Positions 42,936 to 53,276 are shown, counted from the first letter of the stretch. The stretch: 64,000 nucleotides of DNA from Pseudomonadales bacterium (GCA_038136035.1 JAYPYV010000001.1:84577-148576); one strand, 5' to 3'. Notes: generated by a model from the sequence alone, not told the origin. Translations and numbers: made by a program.

Positions 42936-42952
42936 TGCACTCTTTTGGCGCA
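42936..42952 (+). promoter_or_regulatory. NtrC-type enhancer site (candidate)
   Basis: TGCACTCTTTTGGCGCA against the remembered consensus TGCACY-N5-GGTGCA gives 11/12 half-site positions. An extra GGTGCA half-site lies at 42955-42960. The site is about 150 bp upstream of the sigma-54 element. Confidence 0.4.
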
Positions 42953-43100
42953 ATGGTGCAGTGATTAGGAACGGAAGTGACTGGCTTGAAGCACGATTGG
43001 GCGCTTCAGCGTGAGCAAAGTCCGATATTGGGTCGCATAAACCACTCGAAATTAAGAATCCTTGCGAGATCTCATTGGAAATCTTTGCGCAGGACGATGT

Positions 43101-43116
43101 TGGCATAGCCTATGCA
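43101..43116 (+). promoter_or_regulatory. Sigma-54 (-24/-12) promoter candidate upstream of glnK
   Basis: TGGCAT-AGCCT-ATGCA has the GG and GC dinucleotides separated by exactly 10 nt, as in TGGCAC-N5-TTGCA. It is oriented toward glnK, and glnK is classically sigma-54/NtrC controlled. Confidence 0.5.
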
Positions 43117-43437
43117 TTAGTGATTGGACTGAAAGAGATGGCCCAGCAAGGTTGATGGTTGCTGGGCCAGAGCTCTGGATGGAAGGGAATGTGCTTCACT
43201 AGATTGAATGCAGTAGACTGCGCTCATCAGGTGTTGCAATAGAGTAAAGGGACGGTTACAAACGGAACAAATGGTTGTTCGTGGATGATCGGGCGCGTTG
43301 CGCAGCTGAAAGGCATCTCATCTAAAAAGTTGAGCGCGCAGGCTAAATGATTCGTGAATGAGTGTTTGATCCGAAACAGAACGCCCAGTTTTTATTTGGA
43401 TGTGTTCGGGAATGCTGACCGATAATGACCGATATAA

Positions 43438-43785
<348 letters not shown>

Positions 43786-44303
43786 CGTTTGGAGGGCGGT
43801 CGAGGGCTGCGTCCACGTCAAAAAGGTGATCAGTTTCACAGTGTTTGTCATCCAATGGCCAGCCGCTTCTTGATTCCCGGCGTTCGAACCCAACGCCCTC
43901 GTCTCTGCTGATTTCAAATAACCCGAATAATAGAAGGGCCAACCTGTCATGTGGGCGCTAAGCTCGCCTCTGGCATTTGGGTCGGCCGTTTTTTAGCCAG
44001 ATGCACGCCAATGCCGCACTCACCGAGATTCTTGAGCGCGAGGCCCATCAGGCGTTTGTCGCTGATCCAGATACGACAGACAGCTCCGCTTTCTGAACGA
44101 TGCGTCATCACGAGTCACTGACATGCTCCCGCGCTACCCGAAGGCTCGGCCCGAGTCGTTAAGTCTTTCAATCTAGGGCGAGTCACGGTCGTCGGCCCGG
44201 CGTTGAGGTTGGCGCGGGCTGCTCGGCCCGACGCCCGCGTTAAAGTCAAGGTTAACGGAAACCATGTAGAATGCCCGCGCATTTGTAGTTGGGAAGGCAT
44301 CCT

Positions 44304-45674
44304 ATGCAGTATGTCAGTACACGGGGGGGCGTCGCGCCGATCGGCTTTAAAGACGCGATTCTTATGGGTCTGGCAACGGATGGCGGTCTGATCGTGCCCG
44401 ACGTGGTGCCTTCCGCCGAGGGTCATCTCGACGAATGGGTTGGACTCTCATACTCAGAGCTCGCCTTTCAAGTGATCCGCCTTTTTTCCGATGACATCAG
44501 CGATGAAGATTTGGCACGCATGGTGGCAGCCAGTTATTCACGGTTTGATCATCCATCCGTTGCGCCCTTGGTCGATGTGGGCTCACTCTCGGTTCTGGAA
44601 TTGTTCCATGGACCAACGCTCGCGTTTAAAGATATTGCTCTGCAGTTTTTGGGCGAACTTTTCGCTCATGTGTTATCCGAGCGCGGACAAACACTGAATA
44701 TCCTTGGTGCCACCAGCGGGGATACTGGATCAGCGGCCATTGAGGCGATGCGGGGACGTCCAGGCATTCGCGTGTTCATTATGTTTCCAGAGGGTCGAAC
44801 AAGTCCGCTCCAGGAGCTTCAGATGACCACCGTACTCGATCCCAATATCTTCAATTTAGCGGTAGACGGAAGCTTCGACGACTGTCAGAAATTGTTGAAG
44901 TCAGTGTTTGGCGACCTAACCTTTAAGGACCAGTGGTCATTGGGTGCGGTCAATTCGGTGAATTGGGCGAGAGTGCTTGCGCAAGTGGTCTACTACTTTT
45001 GGTCCTGGTACCAGTTGAAGTGCCCAGCTTCATTCGACGTCACCGTACCTACGGGTAATTTCGGCAATATTTTCGCAGGGTTTCTGGCTAAGAAGATGGG
45101 TCTGCCCCTCGGCCAGCTCAATCTCGCGACCAACGACAATGACATTCTGGCTCGTTTCTTTCGCTCCGGTGCCTACCAGCGTGGACAAGTGCACTTCTCA
45201 TTGAGCCCGGCGATGGATATTCAGGTGGCCAGCAACTTTGAGCGCTATCTTTATTATCAGTTGGCGGAGGATCCGGTTTCAGTTAAATCCTTTATGACGC
45301 AATTCCAGGACGAAGGGGATGCAACGCTCCCTGCCCCGGAAGGAAATTTCAATTGGTTCAATGCAGGGTCGGTCAGCGACGAAGAGACGGTTGAGACGAT
45401 TCGTCGGCTCCATGAAGCGCACGGTTATTTAGCCGATCCTCATACCGCGGTCGGTGTTGCGCTTGCAGAAAAAAGCCGGCGCCAGGGCGTTCCCATGGTT
45501 TCCCTTGCGACGGCGCACCCGGCCAAATTTGTTGACGCTGTGAGCCGAGCCCTGCCCGGCGTGGACAACGTGCATCCAGTTCTGAATGGGCTTGCCACCA
45601 AAGAGACTCGAAAATATTCGATCATCGCGGATGAAGCCTCGTTGAAATCCTTCATCGAATCCGCTTGCGACTAG
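44304..45674 (+). CDS. thrC: Threonine synthase (long form)
   Basis: MQYVSTRG N-terminus and PLP-lysine motif GPTLAFKDIALQ. SD GGAAGG precedes the ATG at 44304; the ORF-track TTG at 44289 is less likely. Confidence 0.95.
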   Translation: MQYVSTRGGVAPIGFKDAILMGLATDGGLIVPDVVPSAEGHLDEWVGLSYSELAFQVIRLFSDDISDEDLARMVAASYSRFDHPSVAPLVDVGSLSVLELFHGPTLAFKDIALQFLGELFAHVLSERGQTLNILGATSGDTGSAAIEAMRGRPGIRVFIMFPEGRTSPLQELQMTTVLDPNIFNLAVDGSFDDCQKLLKSVFGDLTFKDQWSLGAVNSVNWARVLAQVVYYFWSWYQLKCPASFDVTVPTGNFGNIFAGFLAKKMGLPLGQLNLATNDNDILARFFRSGAYQRGQVHFSLSPAMDIQVASNFERYLYYQLAEDPVSVKSFMTQFQDEGDATLPAPEGNFNWFNAGSVSDEETVETIRRLHEAHGYLADPHTAVGVALAEKSRRQGVPMVSLATAHPAKFVDAVSRALPGVDNVHPVLNGLATKETRKYSIIADEASLKSFIESACD

Positions 45675-46366
45675 CGGTTCAAACGCGCAATGGCATCAGG
45701 TAGCTCTTCGAGATGATGAACGACCTCGTCATAGGGCGGGGGAGGGCTGACGGGTCGGCCATCGGGTGACTGAAACCACACCGTCTTGAGACCGATAGAC
45801 GCTGCTGCTCGAATGTCGAGATCAGGATCATCACCCACATAAACCATTTCATGAGGCTCGCAACCCACCCTTGAAAGCGCATATAAAAACAATGCGGGTT
45901 CAGGTTTGGGAGCGCCTTCTTCCTCTGCCGATCGAACAAAATCAAAGTATTGACCGATTGCAATTCGAGACAGGTCTGCGTTGCCATTGGTCAGCGCGCA
46001 CAAGGCATACGTTTGACTGAGTTCAGCAAGCGTTGTCTCGGCGGCGGCGTAGGGTGTGACAAGGCTCCGCGATCGAAGAAAGATGATCATCGCTTCGTCT
46101 GCTAATTTGTTGGCAGTCTCCCTCAATGCCGGGATTTCTCTAATGACTACGCTGAGAACTTCTCGACGCAGCGCGGTCAGGCGAAATGAAAGCGATGGGT
46201 CTTGCGCAATGAGTTCATCTCTTAGAACAGCACTTTGCGGATGCGGATACTGAATGTCAGGGTGCAGTGAGCGAAGATGCGCCGCGAGCGCCTTCTCAGC
46301 GCCCAAAATCGCCGGCTTGACCGGCCACAAGGTGTTGTCGAGATCAAAACCAATGACCTTGATCAT
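45671..46366 (-). CDS. yigB: HAD-IA family hydrolase (YigB-like)
   Basis: HAD motif I FDLDNTLW and motif IV VGDDPDLD. It sits in the conserved dapF-yigA-xerC-yigB operon position. Confidence 0.85.
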   Translation of the reverse strand: MIKVIGFDLDNTLWPVKPAILGAEKALAAHLRSLHPDIQYPHPQSAVLRDELIAQDPSLSFRLTALRREVLSVVIREIPALRETANKLADEAMIIFLRSRSLVTPYAAAETTLAELSQTYALCALTNGNADLSRIAIGQYFDFVRSAEEEGAPKPEPALFLYALSRVGCEPHEMVYVGDDPDLDIRAAASIGLKTVWFQSPDGRPVSPPPPYDEVVHHLEELPDAIARLNR

Positions 46367-47307
46367 GGATCGCTCTCGCTCTCGGGCCTTCTTTTTGCGA
46401 GTACCCCACCGGCCCTGGGGTGAGCCGCATCATACACCTCTGCCAAACGCTGAAAATCGAGATGGGTATAGATCTGCGTTGTGCTGATATCTGCGTGACC
46501 CAGCATTTCCTGCACAGCTCGCAGATCGCCGCTTGATTCTAAGACGTGGCTTGCAAATGAATGGCGGAGTAAATGCGGATGCAATTGATGACCTAATCCT
46601 TGCCTTTTAACCCAATGCTTCAATCGTGCGGCCACACTGGCGACGCTTATTCGTCGACCGCGTTCGCTGATGAATAGTGCGTTCGGGTCGGCGCTTCGCT
46701 GTTTCTGAGGTAAATGTTCCCTAATGCGGCACCATGCGCGGATCGCGTCGAGCGCAACGCGGCCCACAGGCACGATGCGCGTCTTGCTACCTTTTCCCAG
46801 GACCGTCATGGTCCCAGCGGTCCATTCGATACTGGACAAGTTGGCGCCAATTAATTCACTGAGCCTGAGTCCCGAGGAGTAGAACAGTTCGAGCATCGCT
46901 TTGTCGCGCACTTCGTGCCAAGTTGTTGCGGGTACCGTGAGCAATTGTTGCATTTGGTCCGCATCCAGGACCTTGGGCAATCGCTTAGGCGCTTTGGGTG
47001 CGTTAACCAGCTGGGCGGGGTTCTCATCTGAGCCCGCTTCTCGGCCCAAGTACCGAAACAAGCTGCGTAGGCTTGAGAGTCTTCGTTGCTGCGTTTTGCC
47101 TGCAAGGCCCTGTCGCTGGCCAGCGGCGAGAAAACCACGAATATCATCGGGTGTCACCTGCCACCAGCTGGTTCTGGTTGGCTGAGCGAGGTATCGAATG
47201 AAAGCGAGAAGATCCTGCTCGTAGGCCTTGACCGTGTGCTCGGATAACCGGCGTTCGTGAGCAAGGTGCTTGAGAAACCGGGTGAGTTGTTGCTCAAGCG
47301 CGTCCAT
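46363..47307 (-). CDS. xerC: Tyrosine recombinase XerC
   Basis: Catalytic residues in GLRLSEL, HLLRHSFASH, LGHADISTTQIYTH. It is placed in the dapF operon context. Confidence 0.94.
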   Translation of the reverse strand: MDALEQQLTRFLKHLAHERRLSEHTVKAYEQDLLAFIRYLAQPTRTSWWQVTPDDIRGFLAAGQRQGLAGKTQQRRLSSLRSLFRYLGREAGSDENPAQLVNAPKAPKRLPKVLDADQMQQLLTVPATTWHEVRDKAMLELFYSSGLRLSELIGANLSSIEWTAGTMTVLGKGSKTRIVPVGRVALDAIRAWCRIREHLPQKQRSADPNALFISERGRRISVASVAARLKHWVKRQGLGHQLHPHLLRHSFASHVLESSGDLRAVQEMLGHADISTTQIYTHLDFQRLAEVYDAAHPRAGGVLAKRRPESESDP

Positions 47308-47323
47308 GAGTCAGGGCTCGCTT

Positions 47324-47968
47324 TTAGTGCGTGTCTTGCGCTTTCCAACAGACGATGTCTGCCAAAAGTTCAAGGAAGTGAGTGCCGAGTTGGCTATGGA
47401 AATGATCGCCCCTCGTGCTGCCTAAGCAAAAGAGTCCAATGTGCGCTCCGTTTTGCTGAAGCGGCACGATGACAGCTGAAGCGATGCTCGTTTGGCTTTC
47501 AGGGAAGATCGCTTTGGCCTCTTCAGGTCGAATAGCGCCCAGTCTGGGGCGGTCGTCTGGATAGAGTCCGGCCAACGCAGCCTTTTGTGCATCGATAGAG
47601 GTATGGGCGATGCCGGGTAACGGTTCTGCTGTCGGCTCGCTGTACAGAAAGAGTTGGTGTGCCTCAACATCGAACTGATGGCTCAGGCTTTGTTCAATAA
47701 TCTCACCAATCGCCCGCGCGTCGGGGGCTGCGATCAGATCGAGGAGACACTGTTTGCAGGCGTGGAACAACCGTTCGTTTTCTCGCGAAACCTCAATCAA
47801 TTCAGCCAATTTGGATTCAGTCTGGCTGAGCTTGTCAGCCAACATTTGGGCGCGCCGCTCCGCAAAAGAAATCGTTTCGCCCTGCTGATCAGTCTTCAGC
47901 CGAAGCGATTCCATCGCCTCAGGATGTTCATTTAAATACTGTTCGATGGCTTCGATGGTCAATGTCAC
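47324..47968 (-). CDS. yigA: DUF484 family protein (YigA-like, GAF-like domain)
   Basis: A 214 aa protein in the conserved position between dapF and xerC. It has an N-terminal coiled-coil and a GAF-like C-terminal half. Confidence 0.8.
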   Translation of the reverse strand: MTLTIEAIEQYLNEHPEAMESLRLKTDQQGETISFAERRAQMLADKLSQTESKLAELIEVSRENERLFHACKQCLLDLIAAPDARAIGEIIEQSLSHQFDVEAHQLFLYSEPTAEPLPGIAHTSIDAQKAALAGLYPDDRPRLGAIRPEEAKAIFPESQTSIASAVIVPLQQNGAHIGLFCLGSTRGDHFHSQLGTHFLELLADIVCWKAQDTH

Positions 47969-48003
47969 GTCGGCATATTCCGTTTTTGTTTCGGGTCGAG
48001 GCG

Positions 48004-48855
48004 CTATGCATCCAGTTGAATGGTGCCTTCGAATACTCGCGCAGCAGATCCAGTCATGGAAAGACTTTGGTGCCCTCCAGGCCAGGCCACCACGAGGTCG
48101 CCCCCAGGCATTGAGACCTTAACCTCTGAAGCCAGTTTTTGCCATTGCCGGCCGACGGCGACCGCAGCGCAAGCCCCCGACCCGCAACCCAGCGTTTCTC
48201 CCACCCCTCGCTCAAAAACTCTGAGTTCGATCTCTTGATCAGTTACGATCCTCATGAAGCCGACGTTCACATCCTGTGGGAAGGTGTGCGTGCGTTTTAA
48301 AGCGCTCGCCAAGGGCTCGAGGTCGGCTGGCGCATCATGATCGAGCAACACAACGGCATGCGGGTTACCGACATTGCAAACACCAAAGGAAAGCGGGGCA
48401 TCATCTGGCGAAGCCAAGAAGGTCCAGGTGTGATCCTGGGAGGATTCGCTTGGCGAAAAGGGAATGAGCTCGGGCTCGAACTGTGGTGATGAAAGCTCGA
48501 CGAGAAAGCGGCCGGAATCAAGTCGCTGCGTGCGCATGCGGCCGCTCTCTGTCTGCAGCATCAGCGAACGCTTAGGGCTGAGCCGTTTGTCGAAAACAAA
48601 TTTAGCGAAACAGCGGGCCCCATTACCACATTGCCCAGAGGTCGACCCATCGGCATTGTAGATCCGATAAAAGAAATCGGCTTCGGGGTCCGTTGGTGGT
48701 TCAACCACGAGCAATTGATCAAACCCAACGCCCAGTTGCCGGTCAGCTAAGTGGCTGATCTGGCCGGAAGAGAGTTGAATTGACTGACTGAGGGCATCGA
48801 TCACCATGAAGTCATTGCCAATTCCCTGCATTTTCGTGAAACGAATCGGCTTCAT
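48004..48855 (-). CDS. dapF: Diaminopimelate epimerase
   Basis: FTKMQGIGNDFMVID and catalytic cysteines in CGNGARCFA and GCGSGACAA. ATG at 48855 forms an ATGA overlap with the lysA stop. Confidence 0.96.
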   Translation of the reverse strand: MKPIRFTKMQGIGNDFMVIDALSQSIQLSSGQISHLADRQLGVGFDQLLVVEPPTDPEADFFYRIYNADGSTSGQCGNGARCFAKFVFDKRLSPKRSLMLQTESGRMRTQRLDSGRFLVELSSPQFEPELIPFSPSESSQDHTWTFLASPDDAPLSFGVCNVGNPHAVVLLDHDAPADLEPLASALKRTHTFPQDVNVGFMRIVTDQEIELRVFERGVGETLGCGSGACAAVAVGRQWQKLASEVKVSMPGGDLVVAWPGGHQSLSMTGSAARVFEGTIQLDA

Positions 48856-50108
48856 GATGATGTCAGACAACCCAGCTCGTCTTTGACTAAAGCGGACAGC
48901 GATTCACGCGGACGAATGACGCGAGCTGTGCCTGCTTCGATTAAGATTTCCGCGGCTCTGGGTCGGGAATTGTAGTTAGAACTCATCACAAACCCATAAG
49001 CACCGGCGTCTAAAACAGCCAAGCGCTGCCCTGCTGCAGTATTTAACAACCGATCCTTAGCGAGAAAATCGCCCGTTTCACAGATGGGGCCAACCACGTC
49101 GTAGTGTAGGGCCTCTGTGTCAGTGCCTGCAGGTTCTATTGACTCAATTTTTTGCCAAGCGTTGTAGAGCGAGGGGCGAATCAGGTCATTCATCGCTGCA
49201 TCCACAACGCAGAAATGTTTGTCTTCACTCGACTTAATGTATAACACCTCAGTGATCAACAGCCCCGAGTCTGCAACGATCGAGCGACCGGGCTCCAGAA
49301 TCAATTCCAACTGCCTTTCATCGAGTCTGGGTTTCAGCCATCGCGCTAATTCTTCCAAAGGAAACGCTGGCTCGTTCTGATATCGAATGCCCATGCCACC
49401 ACCGAGATCAACGTGCTGAAGTTGAAGACCCGTCTTAGTCAGTTGATCGACCATCTCAAAAAGTCGCGTCGCCGCTTCCAGGTAAGGCTCAATCTCAGTG
49501 ATTTGGGAGCCAATATGGCAGTCGATTCCCACCATCCTTAGATGCGGATGCTTTGCGGCTTCCTGATAAATCCGTTCGGCCTGTTGCATGGACACCCCGA
49601 ATTTCGCTTCCTTTAGCCCAGTTGCGATGTAGGGGTGCGTCTTGGGATCGACGTCTGGATTGACTCGGAGGGAGACGGGGGCGATCAGCTGCGCGTCCTC
49701 AGCGATGCGCGCAAGTGCACTGAGCTCTGCTTCTGATTCCACATTGAAGCAATGAATGTCCTCTCTCAATGCGTCCTGAATTTCCCGCGCTGTCTTGCCA
49801 ACGCCTGAAAATACCGAACGCTGGGGCGAGCCGCCGGCGAGTCGAACGCGTTCAAGCTCGCCACTCGAAACGATGTCAAAGCCCGCGCCCATTGAGGCCA
49901 GCAAGGCGAGAATAGATAAGTTCGAGTTGGCCTTGACGGCATAGCAAATTAAGGGATTAATCTCGGCAAACGCATGCTCAAATGCCTGGTAGTTTCTGAT
50001 AATGGACGCCGCTGAATAGACGTAGCATGGTGTGCCGAAGGTCTCAGCCACCTCGCTGAGTTTCAGTCCATCTAGTGCGAGTATTCCATCGCGTCGATCA
50101 AGGCTCAT
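48852..50108 (-). CDS. lysA: Diaminopimelate decarboxylase
   Basis: PLP lysine motif YAVKAN, plus GGGMGI and the EPGRSIV motif. Length is 418 aa. Confidence 0.96.
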   Translation of the reverse strand: MSLDRRDGILALDGLKLSEVAETFGTPCYVYSAASIIRNYQAFEHAFAEINPLICYAVKANSNLSILALLASMGAGFDIVSSGELERVRLAGGSPQRSVFSGVGKTAREIQDALREDIHCFNVESEAELSALARIAEDAQLIAPVSLRVNPDVDPKTHPYIATGLKEAKFGVSMQQAERIYQEAAKHPHLRMVGIDCHIGSQITEIEPYLEAATRLFEMVDQLTKTGLQLQHVDLGGGMGIRYQNEPAFPLEELARWLKPRLDERQLELILEPGRSIVADSGLLITEVLYIKSSEDKHFCVVDAAMNDLIRPSLYNAWQKIESIEPAGTDTEALHYDVVGPICETGDFLAKDRLLNTAAGQRLAVLDAGAYGFVMSSNYNSRPRAAEILIEAGTARVIRPRESLSALVKDELGCLTSS

Positions 50109-50221
50109 GGCGAAACCACCGAGGCTTGAGTTGTGTCGATCGTTTCTTCTGGCAGGTAGAGCGGCCCTTTTTGCCCGCAGCTAGAAAGAAGAAAGATGAG
50201 AGCGATCAGAGTTAGTCGCAT
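50105..50221 (-). CDS. lptM: Small lipoprotein LptM/YifL family (38 aa; below the ORF-track cutoff)
   Basis: My own translation is MRLTLIALIFLLSSCGQKGPLYLPEETIDTTQASVVSP. It has a lipobox LSSC followed by the family signature GxKGPLYLP. ATGA overlap with the lysA start, and it keeps the conserved cyaY / yifL-lysA-dapF arrangement. Confidence 0.75.
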   Translation of the reverse strand: MRLTLIALIFLLSSCGQKGPLYLPEETIDTTQASVVSP

Positions 50222-50298
50222 AGGGGGTCAGTGCATTGAGCGGGCCGAAATTATACTGAAGTCTTTAGGCAAGGGGGAGCAAGCCGGTGAGCAAGCCA

Positions 50299-50625
50299 AT
50301 GACCGATCGCGAATTTCATGGTCTTTTGGACGAAATCATGATGACCATTGAGGACGAAATCGATGCGCTTGATGATGATTTTGATTTTGATCGATCTGGC
50401 GGTCAGTTGGTGATTACCTTCCCGGATTACTCCCAATTAATCTTGAGTCGTCAGGTTGCACAAAAGGAATTGTGGATCGCGGCGAAGTCTGGAGGCTTTC
50501 ACCTCGCTCTGTCTAGGAAGACGTGGATGTGTCATTCGAGCGGAGAAGCGCTTTGGCCGCTCCTTGCGCGGCTATTCAGGGAGCAGTGGTACGAAGGCAG
50601 CGAGGCGTTTAACGACTTTCTTTAG
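50299..50625 (+). CDS. cyaY: Iron-sulfur cluster assembly protein CyaY (frataxin homologue)
   Basis: [14 protein letters not shown]..., acidic ridge DDDFDFD, and ILSRQ...[15 protein letters not shown] at 50299 matches the E. coli CyaY N-terminus. Confidence 0.92.
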   Translation: MTDREFHGLLDEIMMTIEDEIDALDDDFDFDRSGGQLVITFPDYSQLILSRQVAQKELWIAAKSGGFHLALSRKTWMCHSSGEALWPLLARLFREQWYEGSEAFNDFL

Positions 50626-51991
50626 CTCGGGCAATCGCTGCTCTGACGCTTGATGGTGCAGTGCCCCCGAAGTGGGCTCTGGCATTCACAGACCCTTCCA
50701 GGGTCAAGCTTTCAAACACATCGGAATCGATTTTATCCGACACGGATTGCATCGCGCTCAATTCGAGCTGGGAAAGATCGACTCCCGACTGGATGGCCAT
50801 ACTCACCAATCGCCCAACGATGTGGTGGGCATCACGGAATGCGACACCCTTGCGCACAAGATAATCGGCGAGGTCGGTGGCGGTCGCAAACCCTTTGAGT
50901 GCAGCCTCTCGCATGGCATCACGATCAGGCTCGAGATGAGGCAGCATGTCGGTGAACGCACGCAAGCAATCTCGCACGGTATTAACCGTATCAAATAGGG
51001 GTTCTTTATCCTCTTGGTTGTCCTTGTTGTAGGCCAGTGGCTGGCTTTTCATCAAGGTTAGAAGACTCATTAAACTGCCGTAAACGCGGCCCGCTTTGCC
51101 TCGAACCAGCTCGGGGACGTCTGGATTTTTCTTCTGAGGCATGATCGAAGAGCCTGTGCAGAAGCGATCGGGTAACTCGATGAATCCAACCAAGGGCGAG
51201 GACCAAAGCACGAGTTCCTCTGACCATCTCGATAGATGCATCATTAAAAGACTCGCTGCATGACAGAACTCAATCGCGAAATCACGATCGCTTACGGCGT
51301 CTAGTGAGTTTTCCGCAACGCGATCGAACCCCAGTAACTCTGCGGTGCGGGCGCGTTCAATGGGAAAGCTCGTACCTGCCAGGGCCGCAGCTCCAAGGGG
51401 CAGAACGTTCACCCTTTTTCGGCAATCACGCAGGCGGTCAGCATCTCGCTGGATCATCTCGTGCCAGGCCATCAAATGGTGACCAAAGACCACAGGCTGT
51501 GCGACTTGAAGATGGGTGAAGCCCGGCATGATGGTCTCGGTTTCTTTCTCTGCCAGCGTGACGAGTACCGCGGCCAGTGCCTGGATCTGGTCAAGGATCT
51601 GATCAATGGCGTGCCGAAGGTACAAGCGGATATCGGTTGCGACCTGGTCGTTTCGAGATCGAGCGGTATGCAGGACCTTAGCGACCTCGCCGACGCGATC
51701 GATGAGAGCAGATTCAATATTCATGTGGACGTCTTCAAGCGCCACTGACCAGGTGAATTGGCCGTTTCGTATCTCATCGAGAATGCCCAGGAGCCCCGAT
51801 TTGATCTGCTCGAAGGCCTCAGTAGAGATAATGTTTTGCTCGCAGAGCATGGTGGCGTGGGCGATCGAGCCCTCGATATCGAAAGCAGCCAAGATCTGAT
51901 CAAAGGTCACGGAAGCCGTGAAGGCCTCGACAAACGCATCCGTCGACTCCGAAAAGCGACCGTCCCATAATTTTTCGGGTTCCGTTCCCAT
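50609..51991 (-). CDS. argH: Argininosuccinate lyase
   Basis: KLWDGRF N-terminus and fumarate-lyase signature [15 protein letters not shown] at 51991 gives 460 aa; the ORF-track start at 52102 is an upstream extension. Confidence 0.96.
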   Translation of the reverse strand: MGTEPEKLWDGRFSESTDAFVEAFTASVTFDQILAAFDIEGSIAHATMLCEQNIISTEAFEQIKSGLLGILDEIRNGQFTWSVALEDVHMNIESALIDRVGEVAKVLHTARSRNDQVATDIRLYLRHAIDQILDQIQALAAVLVTLAEKETETIMPGFTHLQVAQPVVFGHHLMAWHEMIQRDADRLRDCRKRVNVLPLGAAALAGTSFPIERARTAELLGFDRVAENSLDAVSDRDFAIEFCHAASLLMMHLSRWSEELVLWSSPLVGFIELPDRFCTGSSIMPQKKNPDVPELVRGKAGRVYGSLMSLLTLMKSQPLAYNKDNQEDKEPLFDTVNTVRDCLRAFTDMLPHLEPDRDAMREAALKGFATATDLADYLVRKGVAFRDAHHIVGRLVSMAIQSGVDLSQLELSAMQSVSDKIDSDVFESLTLEGSVNARAHFGGTAPSSVRAAIARAKESR

Positions 51992-52317
51992 GAAAGGGCT
52001 CTCGAGTGGCGGAGCGCCTAGTATAACAGCTGCAACGTCGGTAAGATCGGCGATCACGGTCTGTCGGGTGCGCGAGCGTTGAGGGTCGCAAGCACATTGC
52101 AACTCGCCCTCTGACTGGGTTCACTCATGGATTGGCGGTCGTTCTGGGCGTGAGCATGGCTTTGGCGCGAGCCGCTAAGGTTTTTGCTTAGGGCATTGGG
52201 ATCAAGGTGAGGCCAACCAAAGAAGATCGAAACAAGACCAAAAGAAGACGATATTCTCAAATCCTAAAGTAGCTACGATTTACTCTGATCTTCATCGAAG
52301 CGTCCTTGAGGCGTGGA

Positions 52318-53271
52318 ATGATTCCTACGGCATCACAATTGGAAACGAACTGGCCCTTGGACAAAGTCACCATTACAACGCGAAAAAGTATTCTTGCTCA
52401 GTGGCAGGCCAACGAGGTCGCTCGTCGGATCAAGGCGATCGCGCCAGATATCAGAGTCGAACTGTTGGGCCTCTCGACCGAAGGTGACCGACGTCAGGAT
52501 GTTGCGCTCAACACGCTGGGAGGTAAGGGTGTTTTTGTGAAAGAGCTTGAGACCGTGCTCTTAGCAAATGAGGCCGATATTGCGGTCCATTCGATGAAGG
52601 ATGTACCGGCGGTGTTGCCTGACGGTCTTGAAATCGTTGCAATGATCCCACGCGCGAATCCCCTTGATGCATTGGTGTCCAATCATTTCGAATCTCTTGA
52701 GGCCTTACCAACTGACGCAAAGATTGGCACCTCGAGTCTACGGCGAGCGGTGCAGTTGCGCCGGGCTTTCCCGGAGTTTCGATGCGAGCCGCTTAGAGGC
52801 AATGTCGATACCCGTCTTGCTCGATTAGATCGTGGGGATTTTGACGCCATTATTCTTGCTTGCGCGGGTCTTGATCGCCTGGCGCTTGGTCATCGGATTC
52901 GGCAGCGAATTCCCGAGGATATTTGCTTGCCAAGCGCGGGACAGGGTGCCGTGGGCATTGAAATGAAGACCGACCGACACGATCTGCGCGCGTTACTGGG
53001 TCGACTGAACGATACTGAAACCTCGCAAGCCGTGAATGCCGAACGTGCGATCATTTCGGTCTTGGGTGCCACATGCAATCAGCCCGTCGCGGTTCATTGT
53101 GCATCAGCAGAGGGTGATCATCTCGTGCTTCGGGGTTTTGTCAGCGATGTGAATGGACGCCATTGTTTAAGCGCACGCGCCGAAGGCCCTCGCGGCGCGA
53201 TTGATGATTTGGTGCATGAAGTCGGTCAATCGCTTCTTGCAGATGGCGCACTTGAACTGCTAGCCCAGTGA
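52318..53271 (+). CDS. hemC: Hydroxymethylbilane synthase (porphobilinogen deaminase)
   Basis: ITTRKSILAQWQA, TEGDR, HSMKDVP, GTSSLRR and the cofactor cysteine region LGATCNQPV. ATG at 52318 is preferred over TTG at 52306. Confidence 0.94.
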   Translation: MIPTASQLETNWPLDKVTITTRKSILAQWQANEVARRIKAIAPDIRVELLGLSTEGDRRQDVALNTLGGKGVFVKELETVLLANEADIAVHSMKDVPAVLPDGLEIVAMIPRANPLDALVSNHFESLEALPTDAKIGTSSLRRAVQLRRAFPEFRCEPLRGNVDTRLARLDRGDFDAIILACAGLDRLALGHRIRQRIPEDICLPSAGQGAVGIEMKTDRHDLRALLGRLNDTETSQAVNAERAIISVLGATCNQPVAVHCASAEGDHLVLRGFVSDVNGRHCLSARAEGPRGAIDDLVHEVGQSLLADGALELLAQ

Positions 53272-53276
53272 GTTAG

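Noticed and set aside
43879-43897. A hairpin GGCGTT-CGAACCC-AACGCC containing TTCGAAC, which looked like a tRNA T-arm.
   Set aside because: No acceptor, D or anticodon arms can be built around it, and the loop register does not place TTCGA as a T-loop. It is not a tRNA or tRNA fragment that I can support.
44115-44426. A 103-aa minus-strand ORF over the thrC start region.
   Set aside because: It overlaps the thrC N-terminus, which matches threonine synthase perfectly, and has a low-complexity Arg/Thr-rich sequence.
52054-52260. A 68-aa minus-strand ORF with a hydrophobic N-terminus in the argH-hemC spacer.
   Set aside because: It has no SD and no conserved motif, and it overlaps the likely divergent promoter region. 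It is kept only as a note under the synteny finding.
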